In this document: in pieces, positions 1 to 12,874 of the stretch
Layout: every line of letters starts with the position of its first letter
How positions within the stretch are numbered: the stretch's first letter is position 1
Source of the DNA: Macrostomum lignano
Taxonomy: Eukaryota
Length of the DNA: 64,000 nt
Reading direction: 5' to 3'
Assembly: GCA_002269645.1 (NCBI GenBank)
Contig: NIVC01001546.1
Coordinates: 62,001 to 126,000 of the forward strand
Translations under genes and position numbers: made by a program
The notes under the pieces: generated by a model
What the model saw: only the letters and a program-made list of their open reading frames with translations
What the model was told of the DNA's origin: nothing
Database searches by the model: none

Positions 1-465
1 ATCCTGGGATTGACAAAACTTGGGATTTTGTATTCCTTAGCAGCTATACGCCTATAATGTATTGTGTATCTATGGTGATTCTTCGGGCAATTGATAACGG
101 AAAGGCGTGATAAAACCAGACAAAACCTCAGTGCGAAGTTTAGCTTTTGAATGGGCTGGTGGCAGCTGCAATTTCGCGCTGCATCTGTCCACGGGCAGAT
201 CCAGCCGTGGCCAAAATATTTGGGTCATACTTTTTATTGGCCTGTCTGTAACATGCAAGCCAGGCCTATTTTTTAATGTCGGGCTGTAGTTCCTTGGTAT
301 AGCTTGTCCCCCCACCCCTAAAAAAATTCTAAATCTGCCCCTGGCCCTGTGTTTTCGTCTCAACTCATATTTCCTTCTCCTTTTCCACTCTCATGGCCCG
401 CACGTCCCGCAGCCAAAAGCTAGACTGCGGCGGCAATGGATCGATAGAAGGCTGCGCATGCTGTG

Positions 466-1136
466 GGTTGACGGTCGTTTCGTCTGCTGCCAGTTCGTCT
501 GCCATTCTTTCGTCTGCAAAAATACGATGCAGTCATTTCGTCTGCCTCAAAATGCTAAGACTAAGTACGATGCCAGTACATATAATATTGAAAATAAATA
601 TCTGTATATCTTAAAAAGTTCTTATAGTGAAGATAACGAACTCATTACGTTAGAAGCACGAACGTACGATCTAACAATATTTTCCCAAGGGACCCATAGG
701 GATAGTATACAAAAATACACGCATACAACTTTTTGTTTGTTATATGAATTTTTTAAGCTGAATAATTGTTCATAATGAAAATGCACCATCATTGGATAGG
801 TCATAACAATGCTCATAACAGCCAGCCGATCGTATTCTACAGCGAACTCTGTCTCTGCCTTCAATATTCATAACTGCAGCTTCTTCCATCCATCCATATT
901 AAGTTCTTTTTTTAACGGATGTTTAAAATTGATATCATATTTCTTTGAAATACTGCAACAAACAAAATTACGCTTAGAAAAACTGACCTCCCACTTTAAC
1001 TTTTTTTGCATGACTCACAATATTTAATTATAAAAAATTAGCTTTGCTAGCTATTTAGCTTTACCTTAATTTTTTCTCAAAAAGTCGTTTCGTCTGCCGG
1101 CAGACGAAAAGGCGGCAGACAAAATGACCGCGCACC
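466..1136. mobile_element. Non-autonomous DNA transposon (MITE) with 8-bp TSD
   Basis: Imperfect TIRs GGTTGACGGTCGTTTCGTCTGC / GCAGACAAAATGACCGCGCACC; ATGCTGTG duplicated at 458-465 and 1137-1144 (could be read as 9 bp); repeated TTCGTCTGC subterminal motifs; no ORF. Confidence 0.6.
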
Positions 1137-2321
1137 ATGCTGTGGGGCCTCCCCTCTCTACTCTTCCAAGTTCCAACAGCGCCATTCCTTCCTTTCTAAA
1201 CCAATAGGCAGCGAGCTATGACTTATTCACCCAATGCCCGTGCATGATAGCTTTGCTACCCCTTCATGCCTTTCTTTCTTACTCGTATTCAGTGGTTCAC
1301 AATTGAAACGAATTGCCATCTTGTCTTGTCCCTTCCCTTAGGCTTAGCTACGGTTATTATTTAGCTGCCTTCAGGCTCCAACACACTAAGCCTCTCTACT
1401 CTTGCTGAAAATTAAATGGCGCTGCCTGCAACACTGCACTGGAACTGCAACACTGCTGCTGCTGTGGCATTAATTCATCCACAAATGACAAATTGTAATA
1501 CCAACACATACATACCTACATACCGACAGACCATTTTTACTTTTTGTAATAGATGGATGTGAGTATTTATTTATTCTATTTCAACTTCAACTAACTAACT
1601 GTTGTCGATGTCGAAAAGTCTTCGCGACTGCTTGAAAATAAACAGAAAGTGTCTATTTGATTTTGATCAATTATTTAAATAATAGGCATATATTTTTTAT
1701 TAGAAGAATGTAAAATTGTAAGTCCTGGATCCTGACTGACTGATTGTCAAAAACTTTCAGATCTAGCTAGAGTAAAAGTGCTACAAATTTTGTAATTTAC
1801 TTAGTCTTATCTTTGACTGGTTTTCCTAAGTCTAAGATTAGGATTGGGATATCTAATTCTAGGACCTTGAAAATCTTGAGATTCTTGGGATTCAGAATTC
1901 AGATATCCCAGACTTTGCCAATGCCAATCCTGGGATCCAAAAAATTGGGCCAAGTGCCTAAGATCCCAAGATCCTAGGATTAAAAAAAGTTTTAATCTTT
2001 GTTGGTACAATTTTGATTTATAAAAATAAAGCCATCTAAAGATTCTAATCTGATTATAAGGGGCTTATAATTTATATTAATAAAATAGTAGAACAAAATA
2101 AAATCTTCTGCTAACAAGAAATTGATCGTTAGCTCTAAACTAAATTGGAGTATAATGAATGGGCTAGCATAATAATACGAGTATATATATTATCTATTTT
2201 ATACTTTGTATCAGCTTAGTAAAATCACATTTGATTATAATGTAACCTAGACTAGAGAATAACTTATGAAAGCTATGGCCTGAGGCCAAGGTACTTATAC
2301 TAAGGTAAAAAGAGATTTACC

Positions 2322-2536
2322 AATCACCTCATCTTTCCAAAGTATCTACTCTAGATCAAGAACTAATAGCTTAGGTTGTAATCTAATAATAGCAAGGTCC
2401 TATTATTCTAATTATTCTAAATCTAATCTATTATTCTTATATTATTCTAATCACCTCATCTTCCCAAAGTATCTACTCTAGATCAAGAACTAATAGCTTA
2501 GGTTGTAATCTAATAGCAAGGTCCTATTATTCTAAT
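2322..2536. repeat. Tandem duplication, about 127-bp period
   Basis: AATCACCTCATCTT...GGTCCTATTATTCTAAT starts at 2322 and again at 2449, nearly identical. Confidence 0.9.
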
Positions 2537-4538
2537 CCCAACTATTGCCCATTTTTTAAGTTAGGCCTATAAACAACTTAAAGTAGGCCTATATATAGTT
2601 TTGTTATTAGTGTTATATTGGACATATAAAAGGATGTTTTAAATGGCCTAAGCATTTTTATATAGCTTGTTTTTGTATGGCAAAATCAATAGGAAGTCCC
2701 AAGTACTAGTTCAATGGAGATATATATATATAGCACTTATCAGTTTTTAGCATATATCAGTATATATTGCAATGTACATAGAATAATAGAAAATTTTTGG
2801 CTTAGATCTAGGGGCGTAAGGAAGGAAGGATAAGGAGGATATATCCCCCTGAAGAGCCTGACCAAAACTTTTTTTGTTGCCCTTTGTTGCTAGGGCCTAT
2901 ACATGCTACCATATGACTATCATAGCACTTTTACCTTGGTATATTTCCCTGTAGGAAATTCCTAGCTATGCATCTGCTTAGATCTATAGTATACCTGCAT
3001 ATATGTTAGTATGAAATAAAATGACTTTAGGTAAAATATATTATGTGCAATACCATCAACACAGATTCAAAAACAAGGAAAAAATAATTTATACTTTGTG
3101 CTCTAAAAACCTATTTTTGTCCTAATTTTTAGCAAACAATATTATAGTATTTCTTTCACATTTGTTTTTTCTCAGTGCACATAGCAAAAGTGCTTAATTT
3201 TTAAGTTTGTTATTCTGCATGAATTATAAATTCAAGAATAAAAAACATAATTTATGATGTACAAAGTTTTTAAACATTTTTTAGTCCTGGTGTACAAATG
3301 CAGTCCTGTATTTCCCCTCCCCCCACTAGACTTAGCATATACTAATATACAATCCAAATTATGGTAAGCAATGCATTCTATCTTGCCTTAGAATATATAT
3401 TGATATTTACAAATTTCCAAATGTTGTCTTTGCTAGATATTTGCTTTTTGCTTAGCTTGTAGCCTCTCTCTTTGCACGGTTAGGCTGGGCACTGATATTG
3501 GAAAAAAAATTGCAACAAGACAGCACCTATGTACCATTAAACTACTCCATTTCTATAGTTCAGAGAGTGCACTCATTAAAATTCATGTGCTTATCTTTGC
3601 TGTGTATGGCATTATTTAGTAATATATGTTTTGGTACACTTTAAAACAAAAAAAATTATTGTTCTAATAGAATTTTTGCTTATAAAATGATAATTATGAA
3701 TATACCACAAAGTACTTTGGGAGTAAATATTGCCTATATCTGCTTGAGCAATAAAATACTGCACAGCAGGTAGTTTATGCCTTCCAATTGCAGCCATAAA
3801 GAGAAATTTATCAATAGTAATTACAAAGTAGTAGTATCTTATCAATACTTGCTTTGTAATATTTCTGCCAGGTGCATTAACTATTTTTTGGTTATCATAC
3901 TGCTCAATTTACTTATAAAGGTCTGATATAGTTCTATATGATCTAAAACAAGCGAGTGCCTGAACTAAATGAGTTATTTGCATAGCTTGTACTGTCTACA
4001 ATGCCAACAACAAAAAATCTCATACCGAGAACAGGCAAAGTTTGTGCCTACTCTGCTTGAGACAAGCTCTCGCTCTGCTTTATTTGACACCGGTAGACAT
4101 GGCCGTAAGCATGAAAAGCTGGCACAGCAAACTAAAGTCGATCTATGGCAAAATGCTTAAGCTTACATGCCAAATCGTATGACACGATTAGAGAAACTGG
4201 CGATGGGACATCTTCAAGAGCTTAAGCCACCATAGTGCATGCATAGTTCAGCCTGTATTTGTTTATATAAAAGAGGAAACATTAGTGCACTCGTAAAAAC
4301 ATTTAGAACTGGGGTTCTTAACCCTAAGTAGTACCCTAATGGAGTATTAGTCAAGTAATTTAAGCTAATACTCAGAACCCATTTTCGACACTTCTGGATC
4401 TTTCAGATTTTTTATTGAATTTTTGAGCTAGTTCTTGTTGCTCCATCTCAAGCTTGGCGCTTAAAAATTTATCAAATTTCCTTGTTCAAAACATGCATAG
4501 CCTTGGCCGTTGAAAGATTCTCAATTTTATCATGATTG

Positions 4539-5804
4539 TGTAACAGGCCTCTAGGTCGCTAGCAAATACTTCACGCTAATCCCAATGTCGGTTCCACCAA
4601 ATGTAAAAGGTCGATATTTATTAAAGTTGATGGTCTGAATAATAAATTGATGCAAACCACGCTACTGCTGACGAGTAATATATCACGACTGTGAAACTCA
4701 GCGCGGGACCGAGACAGGCCTCTTGTCGCGAGTGACCTATAACTCCTTATGGGCCCTATGACTCTCGGAACTAGAGTTTTCCTCTGGGCCTCCTGGTCCT
4801 TAGAGTCTTTGTCTAATCGCAGACAGTGACTCATGCGCACTTTATCACACTATGACTCAGCGTCTGGCCTAGCTCAGACGAGCCTTTTGTCCGCGAACTC
4901 TTAGTGAGCGGCGTGACTAGATTCTCTATTTTGGGATGGAAAAGGTCCCAGATAACTTAAACTTTTGGTAGCTTTCCGAGAAATGGCCTAGGCAGAAACT
5001 GCTTATTTTGCACCAGTTGAAGGGCGGTACCCTGAGATGGTCTGATAGAGCAATGCCAATAATTTCTTGATAGGTTACATTCCCCAATGTATCGATAATC
5101 AATTTCCAAACTAAATACGTCACAAAAGGTAGTTTGCTGCCACCAATCGAAGCTATGATTAAATTGACTGAGCCAAAATCGCTATCAAGGAAGATTTGAA
5201 TAACTTGAATTAGAACTTAGATTGGACAAGAGCTTAATAAACTGTCAACTGTAATTGTAATTATTAAACGATAAAGTAACAAATAATTAACTAGCGCATC
5301 AGCAGAAAATAATAATTAACCTTTACAATAATTAGTCAACAAAACACAAAGATAAGCTCGGCCTCCTGTGTCCTTACCAACACAGTCTGTTAGAGCTAAG
5401 ATTTAGGTTTGACTAACTAACTCAGTACTTTGGAGCTGCGCTCAATCAAGACTCATTTAGTTACTAATAGCTAGTCATGAACTAATAAATTGTCAGGCAC
5501 ACCGGGCCGATCTTATACAAGACAATACTAGACTGGGAGCACACAGTCCGGGCTAATAGGCAACTCTGGGCCTACGAGAACAAGAACGGAAATTCGAATT
5601 GGTGCGCGCAGTATTTATATACCCGCAGAATCAGTGCAGTAAAACAACTGGTAGACCTCTTGTCACATATACGGTAACCTATTCGTTCTCGCATGTGCAT
5701 GAGTTTCCAGTGAATTAATTTCGCACGTTAGTATGATCTCAGAAGTCATTAGTAATTAATAATAATTAGCATAATAAACGATGAATTCTAGGAGCCCTAC
5801 CACA
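4539..5804 (-). mobile_element. Solo LTR-like repeat, copy 1
   Basis: Minus strand begins TGTGGTAGG and ends CCTGTTACA; TATA-like GGTATATAAATA near 5612-5623; about 4700-5612 is a diverged reverse-complement homologue of 10036-10950; no TSD found. Confidence 0.5.
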
Positions 5805-5967
5805 ACTCCTTAGGACTAATAAAAAACATTAAAAAAAATTTGCACCTATTAGCAAGAAAATGTTTTTTTTGGATTTTGAAAGTTTTATTATGAAACAAAC
5901 ACAAGCACTATGTATGGTAATAAGTAAAATATGCAACGCGAGCAGCTATTATCAGGTATGCCCACTC

Positions 5968-6570
5968 CTACAAAGTTACGCCTACAGGCAGACGGATTAG
6001 TTCATGGCACCTGCCATCAACGAATCCCTTAGATGTGGAAGGGCAGCCAGAACGATTCTGGTAATCCCCATCCGATCCAACTGCTGACGAGGGCCAAGCT
6101 CCAAACTCGTAGGGCCAGGGCGCACTCACTCCGATTAGACGGTGACATTGTGGCCACCAATAGACTTTCACGTACTAGATCAACCGCTTCGAGCAGTAGC
6201 CTGGGGCGCAACTCCAGTTCAGGTAATTGGCCACCTCGGCTGGCAATTTCTGGCTATGGCAGAGCCCGAAGGCGATCATCCTCAGGTGGAGCTCCAGTTT
6301 GCGCTTGGCCCGGATGAACAGGGGCGCCAAGACATCCCCGTCCTGGTGCCAGTTCCACTTGCCGCGCCCCAATAGGTGCTTCTCTCGGAAGTACACCGGT
6401 TTCAGGTGGGGGTCGAAGCTGGGATCCTCTTGCAGGAGCTGCGTTTCCTTGGGCCAAAGGCGGTTGCCGGCAGCGTCAACATGCAGGTGCACCGTGGCTT
6501 GCAGCCAGGACCAGTCGATCTTTCGATCCGGCCAATCTAAGCGATCCGCTTCCTCGCGCAGGCGGCACAC
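5968..6570 (-). pseudogene. GC-rich coding-like frame of about 200 codons with one in-frame stop, family unknown
   Basis: ORFs 6175-6570 and 5968-6171 are in the same frame, separated by one TAG; GC-rich island in AT-rich flanks; no motif recognised. Confidence 0.25.
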
Positions 6571-6682
6571 CTTAGTTGGCTAGACCCGCGGTTCTCTGCG
6601 CTGTTCGGCCATCCTGTTAAAAATACAGCGAACTTAAGTCCTTAGAGACGGAAGACTAACAATACATGGTCCCGCTCTGGCA

Positions 6683-7000
6683 CAACATCAAATAAATATT
6701 GACAACCTTCGTGTCTTGTTTGTTTGATGTGTATGGAGGACAAATTTTTTTGAATTTTTATAACATTTTCTAGTGGCTAAGTAATAATTTCTATATTACT
6801 GACCAGGGCTTGGCGAGACAGGGGGCCCACTCAAATTTTAGCAACATCAAATAAATATTGACAACCTTCGTGTCTTGTTTGTTTGATGTGTATGGAGGAC
6901 AAATTTTTTTGAATTTTTATAACATTTTCTAGTGGCTAAGTAATAATTTCTATAATACTGACCGGTGCTTGGCGAGACAGGGGGCCCACTCAAATTTAGG
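6683..7000. repeat. Tandem duplication, 159-bp period
   Basis: CAACATCAAATAAATATTGAC...GGGGGCCCACTCAAATTT starts at 6683 and 6842. Confidence 0.92.
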
Positions 7001-7799
7001 CTTGGCGCGCACGCAAGGCAGCCGTGTCTCATAGTGCCATGAGGCCCATAGCTCACTCTCGCGGGGCTGACTCATTGGACCAAGGGGCCCACACTGTTGT
7101 CACGCCATCCCGCGAATGACTAAAAGAGCCAACGAGGCCTAACTTCACACAATAGCCACAAATTTTCAAGATCAAGAGCTCAAAATAAGCAAGATAAGCA
7201 AATAAAGACATTGATACCAATTTAACTAATTGTAATAGTCAAGTAGCAATGCTGAATAATAGTTAACGGATAAATAGTCTAATAAATATGTTGTGAGGTG
7301 CACGGTGCAAAGGGACCACGAGTTGCCCCGCTTCCCATTCAGTAAGCATCTGTCCAGGATTAGTACCTATGAGTCGAGAGAGTGGCTGGAGTACCACCTC
7401 TAGCACCTCCATCCGGGAGATTGTCAGTAGCTTCAGCTTCTGGTTTAGGCGCAGCTTGATTGGCAGAGTCAGAGCTTGAAGTAGGCGGCATAGCCAGTTT
7501 GGCAGGATCAGTCTGATTGGTCGTTGCCGTTAGAACCGTAGGTGGATGGGCTGATTGGGCGGCGGCGGCAGCCAGCGGCGACAGAGGCCTTGGCGGCTCG
7601 GTTCGAGAACGCGATTGGACCGATAATAGGCTTGACGGGTCCAGGCCGTGATGCGTCAGCGCAGGTCATTTGTCCAGGCAACCCGTAGACCTCCCCCAGG
7701 GGCTGACTACCGAATAAATTCTGACTAATTTGTGAGTTCTTTAGAGAGTGAATTCGATCATGTTATTTTTTAGTAGCAATTGTATTGGCCTCTAACTTT

Positions 7800-8895
7800 G
7801 GGACACCTGAATGAATTTGCGGGGTGATCCCCTCCGCAATTAGCACATCGAAATTTACAGTCTTAAGGGCAGTCAGCGGAAAAATGGTCACCTGCACATT
7901 TGTTACATGTGTAGTTAACAGAGCACCTATTTTCATGGTGCCCTAGCCCTTGACATTTCTGGAATTGTATGGGCTTGATAGGAGGAAGGTTAAAGGATTC
8001 TTCACACTTGTGTCTGTTGTACCCTAGGTAGATTCCGTGTTAAAGACACCTCTCCATCGCCCCTACGCACTTAGTAAACAGGCGTACGTGGGGAGTTGCC
8101 TGGCCCGTCGCCTTTGAGATAATGCGCACGGCACCATCGATCGGTAATTGTTGATCTGAATCGTCCAGATGTTTGACCAACTCATTTGTGTCTACCGCGA
8201 TGGGCACATGTTTCACAATGAACGAATAGACGTTCGGAGACTTAAGAGGCCCGCGAATCTGATCGTTGCCCTGTTTAATTGGACGCTTGGCTGCCATACG
8301 CCTTGTTACCATTTCCGTCACGTCAGATCGTCCTGAAGCACTTGCAACAGGTGATCGTCTTTGTGAAGTTAAAGCGTCATCTTGCACACCAGAGCCTCCA
8401 CTAAATGTTGGAAGTGGATCTTCTTCAAGCAGGCTTTTAAAATTGGCGTTCTCATCACAACGGCGCTCAATAGCCGACTTGAATTTCAGGATGGTATCCA
8501 TGGAGTATGATGAGCAGAGTAGACCACGATATCGCGATGCGAACTTTGCAAAGTTGGCTAGATGTTCGGTGTACTTGACGGCTATCTTGAGTTTGATAGC
8601 GATGGCGGCTAGAGTAAGACCTCTCTTCTGTTGTAGATAGATGATCAGACGTCCTTGGGCAAAGTTGGCTAGACATTTGATGATATCTAAATCCTCAACT
8701 AGTTGAACTAAATCCTTAAACCGGGTCTGAATTTCAGAATCTTCCAAATCCTCGCTGTCATCAATCGGCCGAAGAAGATCCTCAAGTCCATCGAATCGAG
8801 TTTTAACAACAACATTATTGCGAAGATTCTCTATTTTCGCTTGCAGCCGTTGAAGGAATCGGCGAATTTCCTCATTCTTGTCGATTTCTTTCTCT
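7800..8895 (-). pseudogene. Non-LTR retrotransposon ORF1-like protein (RRM-like region plus three CCHC knuckles) fused to an unknown helical N-terminal domain
   Basis: Reading through the stop at 8040 gives QKCQGLGHHENRC / TCNKCAGDHFSADC / RCANCGGDHPANSFRCP (triple knuckle typical of I/Jockey-group ORF1), preceded by FIVKHVPIAVDTNELVKHL; the frame stays open upstream of the listed start to about 8895. Confidence 0.75.
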
Positions 8896-9936
8896 TCCTT
8901 CTTAGCTTTTTCTTCTTTTCACTAACGGCTCGTTCCAGTTTCTCAAAAGATTTCAAAAGGGCGCTCCTCATCAGATAGTTTAGTAGGTTCTATCGTTAAA
9001 GATCTTTGGTGTCGTTTTGATACTTTACTAAATAAGTTAGCAATTTCAATAGCGTTATCCATTTTGTAGTATATTCCTATATTATAGTGTGTCAGTCTGA
9101 TCTTGCGAAATGATAAGACGAGTAAAACATCTTCGCGCCTGGTTATCTAGTAATGCTTTCAATTGTTAGATTCGTGCTGCAGCTTGCGTGCTTGAAAAAG
9201 GGTTTGTGTGGGTGTAGTAATAGCATTGTGCTACCTACTCCACTCAGTCTAAAATTTCGATTCATTGTGGCAGTCTGCGCGGGCTTGGGGTGGTACTGTG
9301 TGTTGTATTGTTTGGTTCTTTGCTACCTCCTCACTGAGGCCACATGGTGACCTACGAAATTTTATGAGGGTATATGAAGTTTTCCTGGGTATTTGCCTGT
9401 GGAGGAGATGGTTAGTAAACGAGTCATTGCTGTCTGAATATCTAATGCTGTTCCTAGAAAAGTGGTTTTTAATGGTCATTTTATGTAGAATAATGGTTTA
9501 CTGAAGGCCATTTTATAAATATAAAATTTACTATCGTTAAATTGGATGACACTTTCATATTGTTTATTCTTGAAAATGGATTATATTAACCCCCAAACCA
9601 CACATTTCTCATGGTTATACTCACGAGATATCGAAAATTGCACTTTTTAAAAATATTTGAAAATCACAAAAAATCGCTGTTTTCAGACCATTTTCACCTG
9701 TTTTTAGTCATTTTTCACCTGTTTTTAGTGATTTTCAAAATGAATGAGGGCATGAGGGCAAGGGCACCCTCCTTTTAAAAAAGTATAAAAACTCTGAAAA
9801 ATCTGTGTTCTGCGAAATATACCACATGCCAATGCCCCCACATGCCCTCACCCCCAACACCATAACACAATATATATCTATATTTTTATATATTTATATA
9901 CTTATCACACACACCTTGCAACACTGACCTCCTGAT

Positions 9937-10035
9937 AGTAGTAGTATGATATAAGGGGCTGAGTCATCAGGCGAGCTGGCGCGCAATGCGCCCGAGCAAT
10001 AAGTGTGGCGCAGCCCCTTATATCATACTACTACT
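9937..10035. repeat. Perfect 25-bp inverted repeat with 49-bp spacer
   Basis: AGTAGTAGTATGATATAAGGGGCTG (9937-9961) / CAGCCCCTTATATCATACTACTACT (10011-10035). Confidence 0.95.
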
Positions 10036-11098
10036 CGCGCGCACCAATTTGAATCTCCGCGCTCTTGCTTTGGCTCACGTTTTGCATTGCATCTTAGCCC
10101 GGACTGTGTGCTCCAATATAGTTCTTATTATCTTGCGTAGGCCCGGCCCGTTGTGCCTGATAATTAACTTAGTTCATGACTAGTGATTAGTACTTGATAT
10201 GAGTCTTAGTTGAGCAAAGCTCCTAAGCATTGAGATTAGTTAGATAGGCCTAAATCTTAGCTCTAACAAACTGTGTTTAGTAAGGACACAGGAGGCCAAG
10301 CTTATATTTGTGTTTTGTTAATCAGATTATCGTTAAGTTTTTTCTTATTTCTGCTTGTGCGCTAGTTTATTGATTTATTCAATTATCGTTCAATAATTAT
10401 AATTACATTGGTCAATTTGTTGTTATTTCGAAATTCAATTTAAGTTATTCGGTTCAATTTAGGCAAATCTTTCTTTGAGGAACGGCTTGGCTTAGTCATT
10501 TAATCATAGCTTCGATTGGTGGCAGTGAAATACCTTTCGTGACGTATATAGCTTTCGGATTGAATTATCGATTTATCGGGAAACTTAATTTATCAAGAAA
10601 TCAGTTGCATTACTCTATCAGACCATCTCAGGGTACCGCTCTTCGGCTGGTACATTATAAACAATATAGCCTTAGGCCTACCGAAATTCTAAGTTATCTG
10701 GGACCTTTGTCACTACCGGAAACAGAGAACCAAGTCACTCCGATCACTAAGAGTTCGCGGACAAGAAGCCCGTCTGAGTTGGGCCAGACGCTGAGTCACC
10801 GCCGTTCTAAAGTACGAGTGATTCATAGTCTGCAACTAGACAAAGAGCCTAGGAGACAGAGAGCCCAGAGGAAATCTATAGTTCCGCGAGACATAGGGCC
10901 CGTAGGAAGTTATAGGTCACTCGCGACAAGGGGCCTGTCTCGCTTCAGCGTTAGATTTAATTTTCGACACAGACTACTTGTTGAAGTAGCAAATTTAGCA
11001 TTAAGTCGTTGTCAAGATCGTCAAGTTTAAATAATTTACAACCTAAAACATATAGATGTAGTGATATATCGATTGTCGAAAATTTAGGTTCTGTGACA
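10036..11098 (+). mobile_element. LTR-like repeat, copy 2 (5' part replaced)
   Basis: Colinear diverged homologue of the reverse complement of 4700-5612; ends CTGTGACA versus CTGTTACA in copy 1. Confidence 0.55.
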
Positions 11099-11229
11099 GC
11101 ACAACTGATCCCTTACATTGCAGAGAGATCATTTAGGGATTGCAAGCTTATTTTTGCGGCCTTGGAGGTTAAATTTCTGCCAAGTGTCAGGCGGAGCAAG
11201 CCGAAGAAAAAAATCAAGATTGGATCGGT

Positions 11230-11900
11230 GAAGGTCCGAGCAGCAGATATAGCGGGCCAGCTGTTTCTAGAATACGAGCGTATTTTGCGGCATAGGAGAA
11301 ACAAAAAATGCACTGATAATTATGTACATCAGAAGAAATCAGATAAAAAAACGAACATACCAGCTGGTAAAATACAGTTTCGTCGCGAATGGCCTCTTCG
11401 CCGAATTCAATAATGGCTTCAGCCGATGACATAGGTAAGCGAGCTCCCAAAGTCGAATGGCCCGTTTCAGCAGCGGATCCAGTCATATTCGGCATTACTT
11501 CCAAAATACGAGACAAAAAATCGTGTATGTTGAATTGCTTCCGCTCAATGTCGTTGATTCGAAACAGCAGTTTGCGAAACCACGCTGAAACAATATTCTG
11601 TTGGAGACTTTACCAGTTCGCTAAGCTTCAGATTCATAAACCAAAATACGAGTACAAGAACTCACATTGTATATTGGTACACTGGCAGGAATTATTGTAG
11701 GTTAAATTTGGCGTTTGACGGACCTCGGACGGCTCCAAGTCAGCGGAAGTGCACCCCAAGCTCATTCTTGAATGTTGTGTTTCTCGAGGCACGACTTCGT
11801 GACGAATAGCTTTGCCAGCTGCACTACTACTGCCCTTAACGACAGCAGTCATTTGAGCATTGGATTCGCTGCATTGGAGCAGTTCTGTAGCATTAGAGCT
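11230..11900 (-). pseudogene. Fragment of an EnSpm/CACTA-associated accessory gene (DUF4806-like)
   Basis: LFRINDIERKQF...LPMSSAEAIIEFGEEAIRDETVFYQL followed by a GT donor; resembles the LP-x-x-x-E-x-L-x-x-FE pattern of these partner proteins. Confidence 0.35.
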
Positions 11901-12196
11901 GCGCGAGCTCATCTGGTTGACCTAAGAGTTAAAAGTAAAACTTATGCTAAATACAGCTAAGGAAAAATTAGCACTTTGTAAATACTAGCTCACGGGATTA
12001 AACTGGCAAGTTTTAGTAGAGACGAGGGTGGATTTGGCATTGTGTGAATAGAAAAATTATTATTAAGTAACAAACGTATATGATAAGGCACTTCACTATA
12101 TATTCAGGGACAAAGCTGATAGCTAAAGACATTCATTAAGTCAAATAGGACAGTAGAAGGCATGAGGGGGCTTTTGGGACAATTTTTAACATCCTC

Positions 12197-12514
12197 CATA
12201 ATCCCATTAAATCCATCCATATTATCTCTGACAGAATCAGAAAAAGGGGGTCGCACTTGCTCCAAAAACTGCGAACATAATTCCATTAAATCCATCCATA
12301 TTATCCCCCGAATTAGAGGGTCGCACTTGCTCCGAAAACTTCGAACATAATCCCATTAAAGCCATCCATATTATCCCTGAATCAGAGCATAACAGGTGTC
12401 CTACTCGCTTACAGAACGTCACCCGTAATCCACCTAAATCCATCCATATTATCCCTGACAGAATCAGAGCATAAAACAGGTGTCCTACATAATCCACTGA
12501 CATCCACCCATAGC
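12197..12514. repeat. Degenerate tandem array, 70-80-bp units
   Basis: Core TAATCCCATTAAATCCATCCATATTATC recurs four times plus one degenerate copy. Confidence 0.85.
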
Positions 12515-12631
12515 ATCTTCGAAACAATCAGAAAATAATCTGCATTCTTCTCCCCACATTCAATTCGCAACGCGAAACCAGATCCCTAAGACTTTAACTC
12601 CTCAGCGCAGGGTCCTTACCCTTTGAAAAAA

Positions 12632-12868
12632 ATGTTTCCAGTTGTCTCTCCAGGTTCTTATTACAAAGCGCACGAGCCTAATTACAAGAGTAAGTACCGA
12701 TGCAAACTAGAATGCAGTGAGTACATGAGAAAATATTGGCCCGGCATTGATATCAATGTCCCTAATATTAATCAAGCACTTAAATCTCACTGGTTTAAAA
12801 AACACGGAGTAGTCATTAACGATTTTGACAGCTACTATAAATTTGCAGAAATCATTAGGCAATCGTAA
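12632..12868 (+). CDS. Small ORF of unknown function, probably part of the Polinton-like virus block
   Basis: 78-aa open frame from the ATG (MFPVVSPGSYYKAHEPNY...); its stop lies 6 bp from the penton stop in a tail-to-tail, virus-like arrangement. Confidence 0.45.
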   Translation: MFPVVSPGSYYKAHEPNYKSKYRCKLECSEYMRKYWPGIDINVPNINQALKSHWFKKHGVVINDFDSYYKFAEIIRQS

Positions 12869-12874
12869 TTTTTC

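Noticed and set aside
4050-4260. Possible MULE transposase scrap (SMKSWHSKLKSIY)
   Set aside because: Single weak motif with multiple stops; not supportable.
4539-11098. Inverted LTR-like pair read as a DIRS-type element
   Set aside because: The copies are clearly diverged from each other and no RT or YR lies between them.
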